Positions 22,940-37,960 are shown, counted from the stretch's first letter. The stretch: DNA of 64,000 nucleotides from Trichosphaerium sp. ATCC 40318 (GCA_038496445.1 JALMLS010000507.1:558001-622000), one strand, 5' to 3'. Numbers and translations are program-made. Notes: a model not told the origin generated them from the sequence alone.

Positions 22940-25900
22940 TTAAGGTACAGGCGTTGCTATTATATATGGACGAACTCTTTGGCTTATACAGTGTCTTTTG
23001 TTGTACAGTTATTTTTATTCGTTCTTACAGTTAGCCTTGCAAATTACCCCCAATTGGTATTTGTAAATGAACTCAATTTTTTTTGCAAATAAACATGAGG
23101 CTATGATGCTGACACCTCTACAGTTATGTTTCCAGAAGAACAGGGTGCCATGAGGCAAGATGTACGGTTGCCTAAAAGTAATTATTGTAAAAGGGTGATA
23201 TCATTAATTTCTACATACTTTTTGATAGCGTTGGTCGGCGTATATCCTCTTCTCTCATTGTAAGTAAAGGGTTTGTCCCAGGCTTGAAGTCTACCTCTAT
23301 CTCAGGTAGAAAGTATTTTATTGTAGCAAGGATAGAATCAACATCTCCATGCCACCAGTACGGTATGGGTACAAGGTTTATACCTAAGGAAAAATATGTG
23401 AGTTTTCTCCTTTTTATTTTTTTGTCAAAGAGCTTACCGTTTTCTTTACAATGTTCAAGTTTTTCAGCATCTCTTTGAACGAATGATTCTGATTGATTAT
23501 ATACAAATACATCATGGTAATGTTGCTCACCTATAACAATACTTTTAATACAAATAGAAGGGGTGCAGTTTGAAGGTCATAAAGAGTGAGATTAATGAAA
23601 GAAAAGCAAAGACAAAGAATGTTGTTTACCTTGGTATTCAATAGCAAGATTATACTCAGAAACAAATACGTCAACAGTTAAAGGTGTTCCAGTTGAAGGC
23701 CTTATACCAATATAATGTTCTTCTTCAACATGACAATCAGGAAAAGCTTGCTCGAGCATAGAATGAATCAATCTTCATGGAATATATTAGTACAAAGCAA
23801 CTTGCTGGCATACATATGTATGATTTGAAAAAATCTGAGAAATATACAAGCAGTTGGAGTTGCTCATTTTTAGTAAAAACGCACCTCTGTTTACTCTTTT
23901 TTTGAATGACGGTGAATTTCTTCCAGTTCCAATTATAGGCTTGATCAAGAAGTCGTAACGCTTTTGGAAAATATGTTACTAAACCACTGTAACCTAGGTC
24001 ATTTATTTGCTCTTCTGATACACGATACCTAAAAATGACATATAAGAACAAACAACAAAGACTCCGAACTCAGTTTTTTTCACAGTGAAATCTACTTGGT
24101 TCGAAATAACGAAGTTACCACTGGACAAATAATCTAATATTTCAAGTCTCTTTGTTATTGTTGGTGAATTTAGTACATACCAGGCTTCAGGGTTTGTAAT
24201 ATGCAGCTGTGATGCAACCCGCCTCAAAAACTTTGCTTGATTGGTTTGATGTTGCCAAAACTGTCTTGGTTTTTTTGGCCTGTGTGATAGAGTCCAAGGA
24301 TGCTCAGGGTATACATTCTTAAGAGCAACAGGCACTGAACCATACCTAATATAGGCACAATAAGAATCACATGAGCCGTAGTAATATTAAGAACCACGTG
24401 AGGTGTTTTGAGATATCGGAATAAAATAGGAAAAAGAAAAACTATCAAGAAAAAGATACGAACTTGTGCATAACAGGAAGTCCTCTATATTTGTATATCT
24501 GTTTACTAGATATCTTTATCCAATCATCTAATGATTTTACATTTAATTGTTGAGCAATGTCATCAAACCGTCTACGTTGATTCTGCACATCAGTCCAGTA
24601 ATGGAGCCTGTGATTACTGAACTCAAAAAAAAGTTAAATCAAACCAAAAAATAGATTTTACATACAGGAATTGTTCTTCGTCTATTTTAAACTTAGGATA
24701 TATCGTCTTTAATGCTTGCGCAAATGATGGGTACCTTTATTTGAAAAAATGTGTTAATGCAAGCGTAGTACAATAGCAAAAAAGTAAAAGGACACTATTT
24801 TTTTGATAAAACAACTTACATGCGCAATACGCCTTTACCTCCACGTGTCTCTATAGACTTTGCCTTAACATTATACCTTTGGATGTAAGAAAAAAACATA
24901 AATGAATCAATTTCAAGAATGTACCATCCTTCGATTGTTTTTAATCCGAGATCTTCAGCTATCAACTCAAATTTAGCTCGTTGATTTTTTACATCTAGCC
25001 AACATCCTTGAGGCGCAATACTAATATCACAATAAGTACAATAAACCCCTCTATGAATAAAACGATAGCGTACTGAAACTTATAAGCTTGCCAATTAAAG
25101 TCGGGATACAATGACTATTGATGCAAGTTAGCTAACAGACAAAATGTTCACAGCACTAAACTCTGTACCTCTAGCATACGAAAAGGAGAATCAGCGTATA
25201 AACTTTTAAGAGGACCACCACCATGTTGCATAAGAAGATATCCTGTAAGATTATACAAATCATCCAGTGTCTTATAATTTAACGACTCACAAACATCATT
25301 TAAAATCACACGTTGATTGTACTTTAAATTCCAATGGCCAGAAGGAGACCTCCTACAATAAGTGTGAGTAACAAAGTGCATACATATTTTTAAAATGCTC
25401 CAATTTGATAACAACACGTGAAACTGTTGCATCCACGTGTTAAAATGAAATTTAGTGAAAAAAGAAAGATAGACTAACCCAAACTTCCATTTTCTGAAGT
25501 CGTACTCATCATATATGTATTCCAGAGCTAGAATGATGGAATGATGATGCCTAAGCATTATTAAGGTACTATTATCTTTACAAACAAAAGTGCTAATCAG
25601 AGTCATACTTGTTAAGAATAGAGATACCACCAAAGTGTGAGAACTGTTGGTAAGTGATATTATACCAATCATCAAATGTTTTGACACCTAAGCACTTTCC
25701 AATGGCGTTAACTCTTCTAACTTGGTTTCCTTTATCTACCCAATGACGTTGAGGAACACTCCTAAAACATCATTGACTACTAGAGCACAAAAACAGACAA
25801 AATTTGATTCCGAACCTGAATTCTGCAGTCCATGGGTATCGAGGGAAAACATCTTTCAATGCAGATGATATAGAGTTATTGTAGGTGCTTGTAGACGTAA

Positions 25901-26223
25901 GAATAGGCGCCCAATAGAAAAACTTTCCAAACTAGACACTGACTTGATTTTTTAACGCACTTTAGCAATCCACCACCTCCTGCTTCTACGATGTCGTTCT
26001 TGGTCTTGTCGTACCAGTCATCTAATGTCTTGACTTCAAAGACTTTGCCTACTTCTTCAAAAAACGCTCTTTGTGCTTTGTAAGTATTCAATTACGCAGT
26101 GGCATGACTGAAATTGATCCAAGAACAAAAAAGCGGCTTTGCACACAAAATGATTTACGTAGCAACGTACACGCGATCATTATACTCCCAAGTCTGTTTT
26201 GCGCGTCGTATCACAGCTTTCAT
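22940..26223 (-). CDS. Tryptophan-rich helical-repeat protein with C-terminal PD-(D/E)xK-like nuclease domain (boundaries approximate)
   Basis: Repeats of W....NQR.F...L....LDDWY...GG.GLL...YP...W; C-terminal LTVDVFVSEYNLAIEYQGEQHY...RDAEK...GINLVPIPYWW. Confidence 0.75.
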
Positions 26224-26408
26224 GACATTTCGTCAACGGTTCACTATTAACCTTTCTTATGTGTCAAAAACATGCCACCATGCCTGCAAATTCAAAAATC
26301 AAGCGCTTTATTGTATTTCTGATTTAATTTGACCTTATAACCAACTTAGTCCTGACAAAACCCAGTACCATTGCAATTACTAGGTGTGGAATCTACATAG
26401 TTGCTTCT

Positions 26409-26943
26409 ATGAGCAATGAAGTGGCTAAACAATCTGAGCCGCCAGAAGGTAACGTCTTATTAGCTCTTATTGGCTACAAATTGCTGGAAAGTACGTAACG
26501 TAACGTTCGTAGGCCATTTGGTAAAACGTGAACCAAACAACCCACCACCACGCCCCTGTGATATATACGTTACCAAAAAAAGTAATGTAGCAGCTGTATG
26601 CCGCAAAGCAGTAAAAAAACTTGAAAAGTGCGTTAAAACTGCCCGTATACGTTTGTTTACGCGTTTTAGTAATGAATACGTTGTAATACACGGTCTTGGA
26701 GCGGCTGTCAACAAGGCAGTTCAAACCGCTTTACAACTCAAAACACAGAGCTGTGGCTCCCTAGAAATATGGCCCAGAACATCAACAGTTGCTCTAGTAG
26801 ATGATTTTGTGCCGTCAAACAACTCTAAACCGATTACATCAGCAATTCGTAATAGTTCTGCAATACACATCAAAGTTGCTCACAAATACGCACCGAAGCA
26901 ACGATTCTTAGTTCGATACGACAGAACGTACGCACTGAAATAA
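26409..26943 (+). CDS. POP7: RNase P/MRP subunit Rpp20 (Alba fold)
   Basis: KREP...DIYVTKKS...IHGLGAAVNKA...TSTVALVDDF...RNSSAIHIKV. Confidence 0.9.
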
Positions 26944-27261
26944 TGTGTTTTTCAAAAAAAGGTCTAAATTGGAGTTAGCACTGGGCGTATTGTTGATGAT
27001 GACGGAGAAGGATATAATAGGCGCAAGGGCAAGAAACCAAAGTAAACAACTGCTGTCAAAAAAAAAAGTGAAAAGAACCACGTGATTTACCTGTAAGGAC
27101 AAAAAAAAGCCATGACGTGCTTCGCATTCAGCACCACTATAACTTTCTTATGTGGTTTACGGAGACTACCTTACAAGGCGTGACTGTAATAACGTACAAA
27201 AGGATAAGACGAAAAAAAATCCGCTTTATTCTATCCTCTTTTCTCTATCTCTAGTCTTATT

Positions 27262-29117
27262 CTACTTTCTGGCAATACCACCTTTTCTTGTTGGCATGTA
27301 CTTTTTGGCTTCGTGTAGCTCGCGCTCTACCCACCAGATATGACCTCTTTGGACAGCGTTCTTCTTGACCTCTTCAAGGTACGCCTGAAGTAAAGTTACG
27401 AAAAGGTACTGTAAGAATTGTTTTATAGCATACCTCTGCTTCTTCATATTTTGCAATACAAGCGTCTACAGCAGCGTCGGCTTCATCTCTGGCAGCCGCG
27501 GCGGCAGCGGCAGCGGCAGCAGCAGCTTCAGCTGCCTGTTCGGATGCTTGGCGGGCTTGGGTGGCTTAACAAAATAATTAGTATGTTTGAAGGGTGGAGT
27601 TAACAAAAGTTGTACCAGCGTCTGCGGCAGCAGATGCTTCTGCAGCGGCTTGATCAGCAGCTTGTCGAGATTGAATAGCAGCAGCGTGACTCTCATCAGC
27701 TTCTTTTCTCTTTGCAACAGCAGAAGTATGAGAAGCGTCAGCAGCAGCTTGTGTCTACAAATAAACAGAGTAAGAAATAGATCGATTGTAACAACCAAAG
27801 TGGTACCTTCTCAGCCTTACGAGTTGCAGCCTCTGTGGTGAGTTTAGCTGTGCGAAGAGGAAGAGGATCTTCTTCAAGGTGCTACATAGACTTTAACACC
27901 ACAAAACTTGATTTAAAAATACTTACCTGAGCTAGCTCGTTCTTTGCTCTGTTACGAGAAACAACACCACCAGTCTCACTCTATTAAATACGTTAACACA
28001 AGACCAGTACTATTGAAACCTTGCCTTTTTCTTCAAGTCTTCAGTCTTGTTGTTGTATGCATCCTCTTGTGCTTTGAGGTCAGCCAAAGCAGCACTAAAC
28101 ATATAGTTAACTCAATGTAAACATTTCCTGATAAAACTTACCGAAGTTCGTCAGCAGCAGCTTTGGCTGCAGCTGCATCTTGAGCTGCTTGAGCTTCTTG
28201 AACCTTAGCAGCGGCAGCATCAGAAGCGGCTTGTTCTTCCTTTTCTTTGGCTGCAGCGGCGGCAGCAAGAGCAGCTTCTTTTTTAGCTTTAGCTTCGGCT
28301 TCTCTTGCCTTTGCTTCCTCAGCTGCTGCTTTTGCTTCTGCTGCTGCTTTTTTAGCTGCTGCTTCGGCTTCACGAGCTGCTTCAGCTTTTGCCTTGGACT
28401 CTTTCAAAGCGGCTTGGACTTCCTCCAAGAGAGCTTGTGCGCGTTCTACTTCAGAAGGATCTCCCTAAAAAAAACCTGAATAAGTATGTTTTTCAATAAT
28501 TTGTTGTTTCGTACTTGAGGTTTAGCTAAAAAGTCGTTGATGCCTTTTTTATTTTTCCAGAGGCAGTATTCTATTAGAGCAATACCTAATAGTAACATAT
28601 TAGCATTAAGAGGTCAAGGTTTTTTTTCTTTTTGCCCACGTGCGTTTGTTAAAATCCAAATCGGTTTCTTTTAGTTGCTGTCTCATTTCTTTGACCGTAA
28701 GGGTTTCTGAGATAGATTCCAAAAACCGATGAGCGTTGAACTAGAACGTTAAAGTTTAGACTCGAGGAAAAAGACAAATAAGGTATCTAGGTTGTACCTC
28801 ATCAAGATCACAACCTTCTTTCTGTTTATCAAGATCAAGCTCTGCGAATTTATTGGCCCATTCCCAAACACTCTCAGCCATATCCTCTACATGACATTAG
28901 TTATGACTGTTTAAAATATCACGTGGTTTCAAAAGGCGTAATGTAGTTTTTTAAACGGCGAAAGACGTACTTCCACATTCATCCCAATAGGCGTTCAAAA
29001 ACGCTAGTGTTGCGTTAGTACAGGCGAACAACAGCTATTATAACTTCCTGAAACCGTACCTTTCCCTTGGTTGGCGTAGCTGAGTTGTGCGAATTCGTTC
29101 CAAGAGAGGTTAGCCAT
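27262..29117 (-). CDS. Calcium-regulated actin-bundling protein (ABP34-type) with Ala-rich coiled coil
   Basis: FLNAYW, LDEFNAHRFLE, SETGGVVSRNRAKNELAQ, EEDPLPLR, WWVERELHEAKKYMP. Confidence 0.85.
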
Positions 29118-29364
29118 TGTAAGTATTGTTTTCTTTGTTGTTGAACTTGTGGTGTAAAGCGAGGAAAAATTGAAAAAAAGTAGCACATGGCACACATTTT
29201 GTTGAAAGCGCGACGCTTTCATTTCTTTATAAACACTCAAAACCATCAGTTTACAGTTATATCATTTACTACATGGTCTTATCTATACCTTTACATCTTC
29301 ATCCAGCGCGTTTACGCTTCTAAGAGCGAACCTCAGTTCATTTTTTTGTTTTGATTTTCTGTAT

Positions 29365-32300
29365 TCAAGCAAAGAACTTTCGCAACCTTTTTTTCTTCTT
29401 TTTGCTCTCATTATTTGTTGATGCAGTTGTTCTCACAGGCTGAGGAGAATTTTTCAGTGCTGTAGAGCCGTTACCTGCGTGAGAAGGACCAACAGGCTCG
29501 TAGGTGTCGATGATTTGCTTCAACTTGTTCAACACCTTCAAGCAGAAAGTTAAAGAAAACGAAAAATGGGAGCTGAGCCGTAAATAAAGGAGGTAGCCAA
29601 CATAGGCTCAATGTTTTTATCTGGATTGTAGGGAATCCCGAAAAGAAGTAGACAGCCTTAAAAATGAGGAAAAGTTTGGCGTACTTCGACTTCTCCTTTA
29701 TCTTCAAGATAACTGTACAGTTTCTTAGATCCATTGCGTATAGCCTTATGTATCTTATCTGTCGCAGTCAGCAAGTCATCAACAGATATAGGTTTATAAT
29801 CTGCTAATGGGAGACAAGACAAGTCATCCGGCAAGGACTAGTAAAATGTTAGAGTTGCGGGGATTTCTACCATTTTTGTACGTACAGCGACTCTATCAAA
29901 GAACTGTTTGTTAAGAGATATTTGTTCTCGTATGAAGGGATTAATCTCTTTCATGTATAACTCTTTTTTGAACTCTAAACCATTTGAAACGTTTTGCATT
30001 ACTTTAGAACAAAGTAATAATCCGCGTCTGTTCCATGCCGATAACTCAGCTAAACGGTTTTAGATGCAAGAAAATAATTGGAAAATGGCTTATTTTGTAG
30101 ACTTTGAAAAAGGACACTTACCCGTTCTTATCTTATGTATTCTAGGGGTCACTAAAGCAGGAACAATAAACCTAAGGAATAGGAAACCTCCTATGGCTAT
30201 ATGACTGCTCTGAGGAAACTTTTGTGACACTTGAGTTTGAAGCTCATTACAAATTCTTCTGAACTGTCTAAAGAAAAAAAACCACATTAGTATTGACGCT
30301 ATAACAACTTTACACCAAAAGAATAATATGTACCTTGGCATAATGCTCACTGAACCATTGATAGTATCAAGCATTTGCTGACAAGCACTAGTCAAATTCT
30401 TCAAATTTTGATCTCTTCTCTGGCCACTCTGCATTTTGGTATCATCGACCTAGTAAAAAAATTATAATTCCTTTCTTGAAAATACTCACGTACTTCAACA
30501 GCCTGCTCAAAATCACAAATGCTTTGAACACCTTCAGCAAGAATATTTCTTAAGTATTCCCTTCCAATAAGCTGAGCATAAAACTTCATTACTTTAGAAG
30601 CAAGGCAATTATTACGCAGCAACGTATTAGGGTTCACTAAAAGAAAACTTAATCATTTAAAAGACCAACAAAACTACGATAAACTGTTGTACTCACGTGT
30701 TTTATCAACTTCTCTAGAGATACAACGTTGAACGAGGTGATGAGTTTGATCAACGAATTGATACAAGTGAACCTTACAAATAAATCAGCATCCACATACG
30801 TATTCCACGCTTTCCACGCGGTAGAAAAAAAAGATGATTTCTATACCATTGACTTTGCTACAGAGTCCATATCAGCTGCTCCAGTTACAGTTGTTCCTAT
30901 TGCATCAACAAGAACACCATTCGTATCCAAAACCAACTAAGTGTTTACGTTAGTACTGATTTTAAAAGAGACAAAGGTGATGTTGTACCTCCATCAAATT
31001 TTTACACATAGGGTACTCTTTGAAAAATCCTTTTTCTAGTTTTTTAGCAATCTGATCAATACGATCTTCAGTTGTAGGCTCTTCATCGGCGTCGGTAGCC
31101 TATAGGAACATAAAAAAGGCAAAAAACAAAAACTATTTAGTACCGGATCCCATACAGCAAGTTGTTTCATGCGTTCATCAGTGCGCTTTGCCATCATTGC
31201 TGCTGGAGTCCTACCCTAGACGAGAAACCATTAGGAAAGCTTCAGAGCCAACACTTACTTGTGCATCCTTCATGTCTCTGTTTCCTCCTTTTTTAATCAA
31301 AAGCTTTGCAATATGATAGTTCTTTGATGCACAAGCAGCAACATGAAGTGCAGTCTCACCCTGACTTCATTGTTAATAATAAAATAGTCGATTGAGATTT
31401 GCGGACGTACCTTTAGATTGGCAATGTTAACTTTACCTCCATTCTGTACTAAAATAGATACAATCTCTCCCATGCTTCTTAAAGTAGATAAATGAAGAGC
31501 TGTCATTCCTACAACAACAAAATGTTAAAAAAACAACTCAGAAAAAACAAAAGATTGCTTCACATAAGTCAACGTGCCTTGTTCGTCTTGGATGTTTACA
31601 TCAACTTTTTGACCAAGTAAAGCTCTAGTCACTTCGATATGACCTTTATACACTGCAAAGTGAAGAGGCGTACGCCCTAAAAACCAGGGTCAGAGGGTTT
31701 TAATTGAATGAGAGTAAATACCTTGCTTGTTTTGTACATTCACAGGAATTCCAGCAGCTATCAGTTCTAATACAGCACCTTTATGACCACTCCCAGCGGC
31801 GAAATGGAGGCAAGTAGAATTATCATTGTTCAAAGCTGAAATATTAGCACCTTTACTAGCGAGATACCTAAAACCCAGAAGTCATAAATAAAGCTCTAAA
31901 ATTTTATAATATCGGATTCTTACTTTATGACATCCACGTGTCCTTTGAAAGCAGCGTTGTGGAGTGCTGTTAGACCAGCACTATCAGGACAATTTGGTTT
32001 GCAGTTAAACCTCAACAACATATCTACAGCTTCTCTGTGACCCTAGTTTTTTAGTGAGGTTAGCAAAAAGGTTGTTAAGCTGAATAATAGGCACCTTGTA
32101 TGCGCTGTTATGAAGAGCTGTTACTCCTGTACTATCTGGTATATTTGCAATTGCTCCATTATCAAGTATTACTTTCATACAATCAATGTTTCCGTTGTAA
32201 GCCGCATTATGAAGAGGTGTACATCCCTTTATTGGTAAAAATAGATTAAAACTAAGAAAACATAGAAAGAACTTTGTACCTCATTATCTTTTTCATTAAC

Positions 32301-35300
32301 ACGTGCTCCCTTGCGTATGAGCTACAAAGAAACCCAGTTAATTGCTTGTTATTTAAACATAGTATTATATATGCAATGTACCAATGAAACGCAGTCTGAG
32401 TGACCATTAAATGCTGCTTTATGAAGAGGTGCTGCTCCTTCTGTATCTTTAGGAGATACTGTTGCACCGCTCTTGATAAGTTTTGATATTGTTGGTGCAT
32501 GACCATTGTAAGCTGCCTAAAATAACAAAGATTAACAGCCAGGCTGTCTTCCATTTTAATAGTACTTTATGTAAGGCTTTAGACCCTTCGTCATCGGCAG
32601 CATCTACATCAGCGCCCTTTCGGATTAGATACGTCAAACACTCCAAGTTACCGTTAAATGCAGCGATATGAAGTGGAGTACAACCCTTAAGACAAATAAG
32701 TTACATCAAGCACAATAGAAAAATATAAAATTAGATAGAACTCTACCTCATCATCTTTGCTGGCAATATTCAGTCCTTTCATCAACAAGAACCTTATACA
32801 CTCAACACTTCCGTTATACGAGGCACTGTGTAAAGCATTACCACCTTCTCTATCACACGTGCTAATATCAGCACCCTTTCTTAGCAACAACTTGGCACAA
32901 TCCAACTTTCCTACAAAGAACACCCCTTTAGAAACAGCAGATACTTAAATTTTATTTCCTACCTTTGTTGCACGCATGGAGTAATGGTGTAGCTCCCAAG
33001 TTATCTGTCTTATTAACACTCGCACCATATTTTATCAAAAGTTGTGCTGCATCGAATTGACCATTAGCTACTGCCATGTGCAATGCTGTAGAACCCTAAA
33101 ACAACTTAACTTTACACTCTTAACAAAAGGAAGGGAAAAACGCACAACTGGCTGATCTTGTAGCTTTATATCAGCCTTATTATTCAATAATCTACGCAGT
33201 ACTATAAGGTGGCCGTTGGATGCTGCTCTGTGCAATGGCGTAGCGCCTTCCTATAACAACTTATCAGTGCCTCTAGAAAGCTACTAAGTACGTACTTTAT
33301 CAGCCAAATTAACATTAGCACCGGCTTTTAGTAGCGCATTAATAATAGGCTCTCTTCCTTGTCTTGCTGCCAAATGTAGTCCCGATTGCATATCATCATC
33401 ACATGCATCAGGGTTTATCTTTAATGTATCCAAGTAGTATTTTACAAGGTTCTCAGATCCAAAGAAACATGCTGTAAGGAAAGGCGTAGCACCGTACAAG
33501 TCAGTATGTGTTGGAACAGCACCCTAAAATAATTCCGTTACAAAACATCCGGAACACAAGTTGCTTCGCTTTATTTTTCGCGAGGAGTAAAGATTCTTAC
33601 TTGGTCTATGAGATACATCGCTACTAAATAACCTCCATCACCTGCCATAGCGGCTTTGTGAAGAGGTGTTGACTGCTCTACAAGAACAGAGGGTTAACAG
33701 AAGAAGTGATTACAAATAAAAAGCAATACCAGCATCTTGGTGTTTGACGTCAGCTCCTTTTTGAATCAAAGCCTTTACTATCTTCAAGTTTGCATTTAAT
33801 GCAGCGCCATGTAAAGGTGTTGTATTTTTTGGTCCTTCTATGTCTACAATACATTTTGGAGAATCCAACAGAATTTCCACTGTTCTATTTGGTGATTTAA
33901 CAAAAGTTTGAAATACCATCTCCAAGCGTACTCTAAATGTTGGTTCCATACTGCTCCATGCAAAGCTGTCCACCCTTGATCGTATTCAGGTACACCATCA
34001 TCATCACAATCGTCAAGCTCCCAGTCAATCAATGATTGTCCTCCATTATCCCTGTAGCAATGGATTAGACTCATTTATTCGTTTACTTCGTGTTTAACCC
34101 GTACCCAATTGATACATCAACGCCTTGTGCAAGTAAAAATCCAACACAAGCATTATGACCTCCATAAGCTGCGAGATGAAGTGCTGTGGCTCCTGTAGAA
34201 AGTCAATGGCACCTCGCCTTAAAATACTCTTTAAACTTAAAAAAAACGTACCAACACCATCCACCATATTCGGATCAGCACCTCTGCTTACCAAAACCTC
34301 CACGCACTAAACAGTTAATAAATAATAAGATTTAATAAAAATTAGTACCTTTAGATGTCCATCTACTAGGGCCAGATGGAGTGATGTCATATTCATATTC
34401 TGCTTGGAATTTACCATAGCTCCTTTAAAAAGTTAGTACTACAGCTTTTTTTCTGTTTCTAACGCGCATACATACCTTTCTTTAAAAGGTATGAAACTAT
34501 TTCATGATGCCCGTTATACGACGCATTATGTACAGGTTCCCATCCCTAGTGTAAATATTCAGCAAGTGTAAACAACACAATCGTTTTCTTAATAAGATTT
34601 TTCTTGTATTTCTAGTTACCTCTCGGTTTTGGGCATTGACGTTTGCTCCTGATTTTATAAGACTTAACATTGTGGAGTGGTGTCCATTGAAACAGGCGAA
34701 ATGAAGCGGTGTAGCGCCTAGAATCTTCGTGAGAAATGCCTTTAATTAATCAGTTGTTATTGTAGTAACCTGTATTATCTTTAACAGCAACAGATCCTCC
34801 TTTTCTAGCTAAATATTCTACAACCTTATGATTACCAGCAAAAGACGCCTAAAAAAAAACCGTTTGAGACAAATAGATCCTTTTATTTCAAACGCTCTAT
34901 AATACTTTGATATAAATTCCGCGTCAGAAAAAGACAGTTTGTCTAAAAGGAGTTTCGGGAAAATTCTGTTTTTCAAAAAAGAAAAAAAAACAACAATTTG
35001 ATTAAGAACCTTATGTAAAGCCGTAGCTTCTGTTTTGTCTACACTCTCAACCCTTGCTCTATGTTCTACTAAAAGCTTTACAATCTAATAAAACTAAATT
35101 AGTTCCTTTGTGACCAATTAAACAAAAAAAAATTATCGCGACAAAAAAAATGTTCGAAAAAAAAGTACTACTTTTTTACCCTTTTTCATCACTCGCGTGA
35201 TCAAACTCGCAAAAACGAAAAGTGTATCGAGATATTTTGTTTGAATAAAAATAAAACAAAAAATAAATTCTGATAGAAAAAGCATTTTGAATAAAAGCAT

Positions 35301-35732
35301 GCTCAGAGCACGTGATTTATCGAAAAAAAAAAGTAGATAAAGCCAAATTTTCCGAATTCTTCTTTTAACAAAATATACAAGTACGCGTACTGTATGGCTA
35401 CCATTAAAAGACGCTGCCATGAGTGGAGTGTATCCTTCAGTGTTTTGGTAATTTACATTCGCTTTCATTTTTATAAGATGGCTACACGCCTCAAAATTCT
35501 TTGCAAACGCTGCATAATATAATGGCGTGTTTGAATGGTTATCGAGAGTATCAACAGCTTTTCCTCCTTGTACAAGGCGTACAAGTGTTGTCATATCTCC
35601 TGTAGAAGCCGCTGTATGTATTGGGTAGGATCTACTTGCTCGGCCATTATCTCTGGAAGCTCCAGAAGAATTAGTCTGTACTTTGCCCCTTGGTTGGAAG
35701 GCTCTCTCCGACCAAAGCGAAACAGAACTCAT
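29365..35732 (-). CDS. Ankyrin-repeat RasGAP
   Basis: Many TPLH/TALH ankyrin repeats; NTLLRNN, GGFLFLRFIVPAL, KVMQNVSN and KELYM RasGAP motifs. Confidence 0.93.
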
Positions 35733-36294
35733 AGCGAGACGTGCAGAGCGTTAGCACACGTGATATTTTTATAAAAAAGTCTAAAAGTTTCGTTCTGACA
35801 TTTTAGCCAAAGATACTCGCGTTCAGTATTTACGCCTCCAATCGGTACAAGATGCATGCCGTAAATGATGATATAGCACGTTCAAACTTTTCAGACAAAA
35901 CGAAAAACTCAAGTCTAATGTAACCTCTGGCTCCTTTCTACTCCTACCATAGTTGATAAGTACCTAATGCTCGCGCAGACAGGACAGCGTCTGCCTACTA
36001 ACAAGTAGAAATTAGAGCGCACAGTGAAGTTTGTCATGCATAGAGACCAAAAATAAACGTAGAGGGTTAACAGTGAGCGTTTGCTAACGTTTCGGGTAGA
36101 AACGAATGAACAATTGTAATAGAACGCAGTACGCTTTCTGTTCGTTCACTAGCGCGAAAATTGGTTGTACTAGCCTATAAAATTGCTTGTTCAGGACTCG
36201 TTAATGAAATAAAATAATGTACGTGCAAAAACGGATTTGAGTGTCAAAATCTTGTAGCCGTTGAACTTCAAGCCTGTATTTTTAACGTTTAATC

Positions 36295-37960
36295 ATGACA
36301 GGGTTTCTTGACGGACTTGTTTTTTGTGTAGCAGGTGCAGTTTCAAAATACGACTCACGAACGGATCTATACGGTGCTATTACAGCCGGTGGAGGTTCTA
36401 AATCGACAAAGGTCACAAAGCGGGTACCTTTTAGCAATAAACGGCTTCTTGCGATTAAAAACACCTGTTCTAACCGTATGCCGCTAAGGTGACGCATGTG
36501 GTATGCTGTGACAACTACGAGAAGTCGAAAATTTACACAAGCGCGCAAAGACGTTCAGACGAAATTCACTTTGTGACAGTGCGCAGAATATTTCGCTTTA
36601 CCTAACCTACGCGCTCACATCGATTATTAGGAAGATTTCATTGTTGATTGTATTGATAACGACGAACTACTTTCAGAGGAAGACTATGGTCTTGACGCAA
36701 GCAGTGATGAAGAAAGCGGCAGCGAAGAAGAAAGTGGAGAAAGTGACAGCGAAGAATCATCAGGATCAGGGGAGAGGAATTCACCACGCAAAGCTACACC
36801 TAAAAAGCGTGCAGCGAAAAAAACGCCGTGCGTGTTTGTTTTTTTTGGCGGCTTTTCTTTTTTACAAGAAGATTGCTTTCCCGCGATCCCTTTGAGCTTA
36901 TAAGAGTTAGTTTGCCTAAACCAAAAATCACAGCGAAGAAAGGAACAAAGAAAAGGTAGTTAGGCATTATTATAATTAGTTTAAAATTTTTATTTGTAAA
37001 AACTGTTTTCTCTCCTACAGGTTGATTAACGGTTGTGTTAGTTCTCCCAAAAAGAAGCCTACAAAGACACAAGCCCTAAAAGGCATGATTTTTACCTTAC
37101 ACGGAAGGTTTAGCTCAGCACAGTCAGAGACAATAGAAAAAGTTGAAAATAATGGTGCCACTGTTGTTAAATCGTTTACATCCTCAGTACGTACTGGTTT
37201 TAACCGCTGTTGCTTATCCTCTATTACAGGTTACACATTTATTATGCAACCAACTAGAAGGAACCTCGAAGAAGCATGAGAAGGCTGCTGAGCGTAATAT
37301 TCCTGTAGTTGACGAAGGTAATTGTGCAATCATTGTTTTTTCTTGACATTTTTTCACAACGAACCCAAAAAAAACGTACTGAGTATTTGTAGATTACATT
37401 GAGGATGTTATATCAGAGTATATCGATTCAATCTTAGATGCAAGAGCAGCTACACCATCAAAACGCCAAAAGAAGACCGCACAAGTTGAGAAAATTGTTT
37501 GCAAACGCATTGTCCGGTAAGTACCAACTACAAGCGTACCTACAATCTAATTTCTTGCGCGTAGAGGCGAGTTGTGTTACGTGGTTAAATTCAAAAAAAT
37601 AGACGCTGCTCATAACGAAGCATGGACGCGTGCGCAGGCTGTGTCTAGACTTGGCGCCAAAAAAATAGAATTGTTTGATAAGAAATTCGAAAAGGACCAA
37701 AAGCGAGTATTCGGTTTCTCAGCTGGCAAAAAAATAGAACGAGAAACAGGCGATAGTACGTTTTATACTGTATTTCTTCTCGTATTTCACGTGTTACATG
37801 CCTTTATGTTAATGTTTCCCTTATCGTAGCTCCTATAAAGAAACGTCCTACTAAAAAGGTAGCCAAGAAGACTACGAGTAAAGCTACAGAGAGCAGAAAG
37901 CGAGCAAGATCGAGTAAAACAAGTAGTTCGCCTAATAAGAAGCGCAGGGTTAAAAAATAG
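36295..37960 (+). CDS. Tandem-BRCT protein with acidic and Lys-rich linkers
   Basis: LDGLVFCVAG...GG and LKGMIFTLHG...NNGA...VTHLLC...KHEKAAERNIPVVDEDYI. Confidence 0.75.

Noticed and set aside
27418-28479. Multiple overlapping Gln/Ser/Cys-rich ORFs
   Set aside because: Shadow frames of GCT/GCA-rich Ala codons in the ABP34-like gene; the same applies to shadow ORFs over the MORN genes
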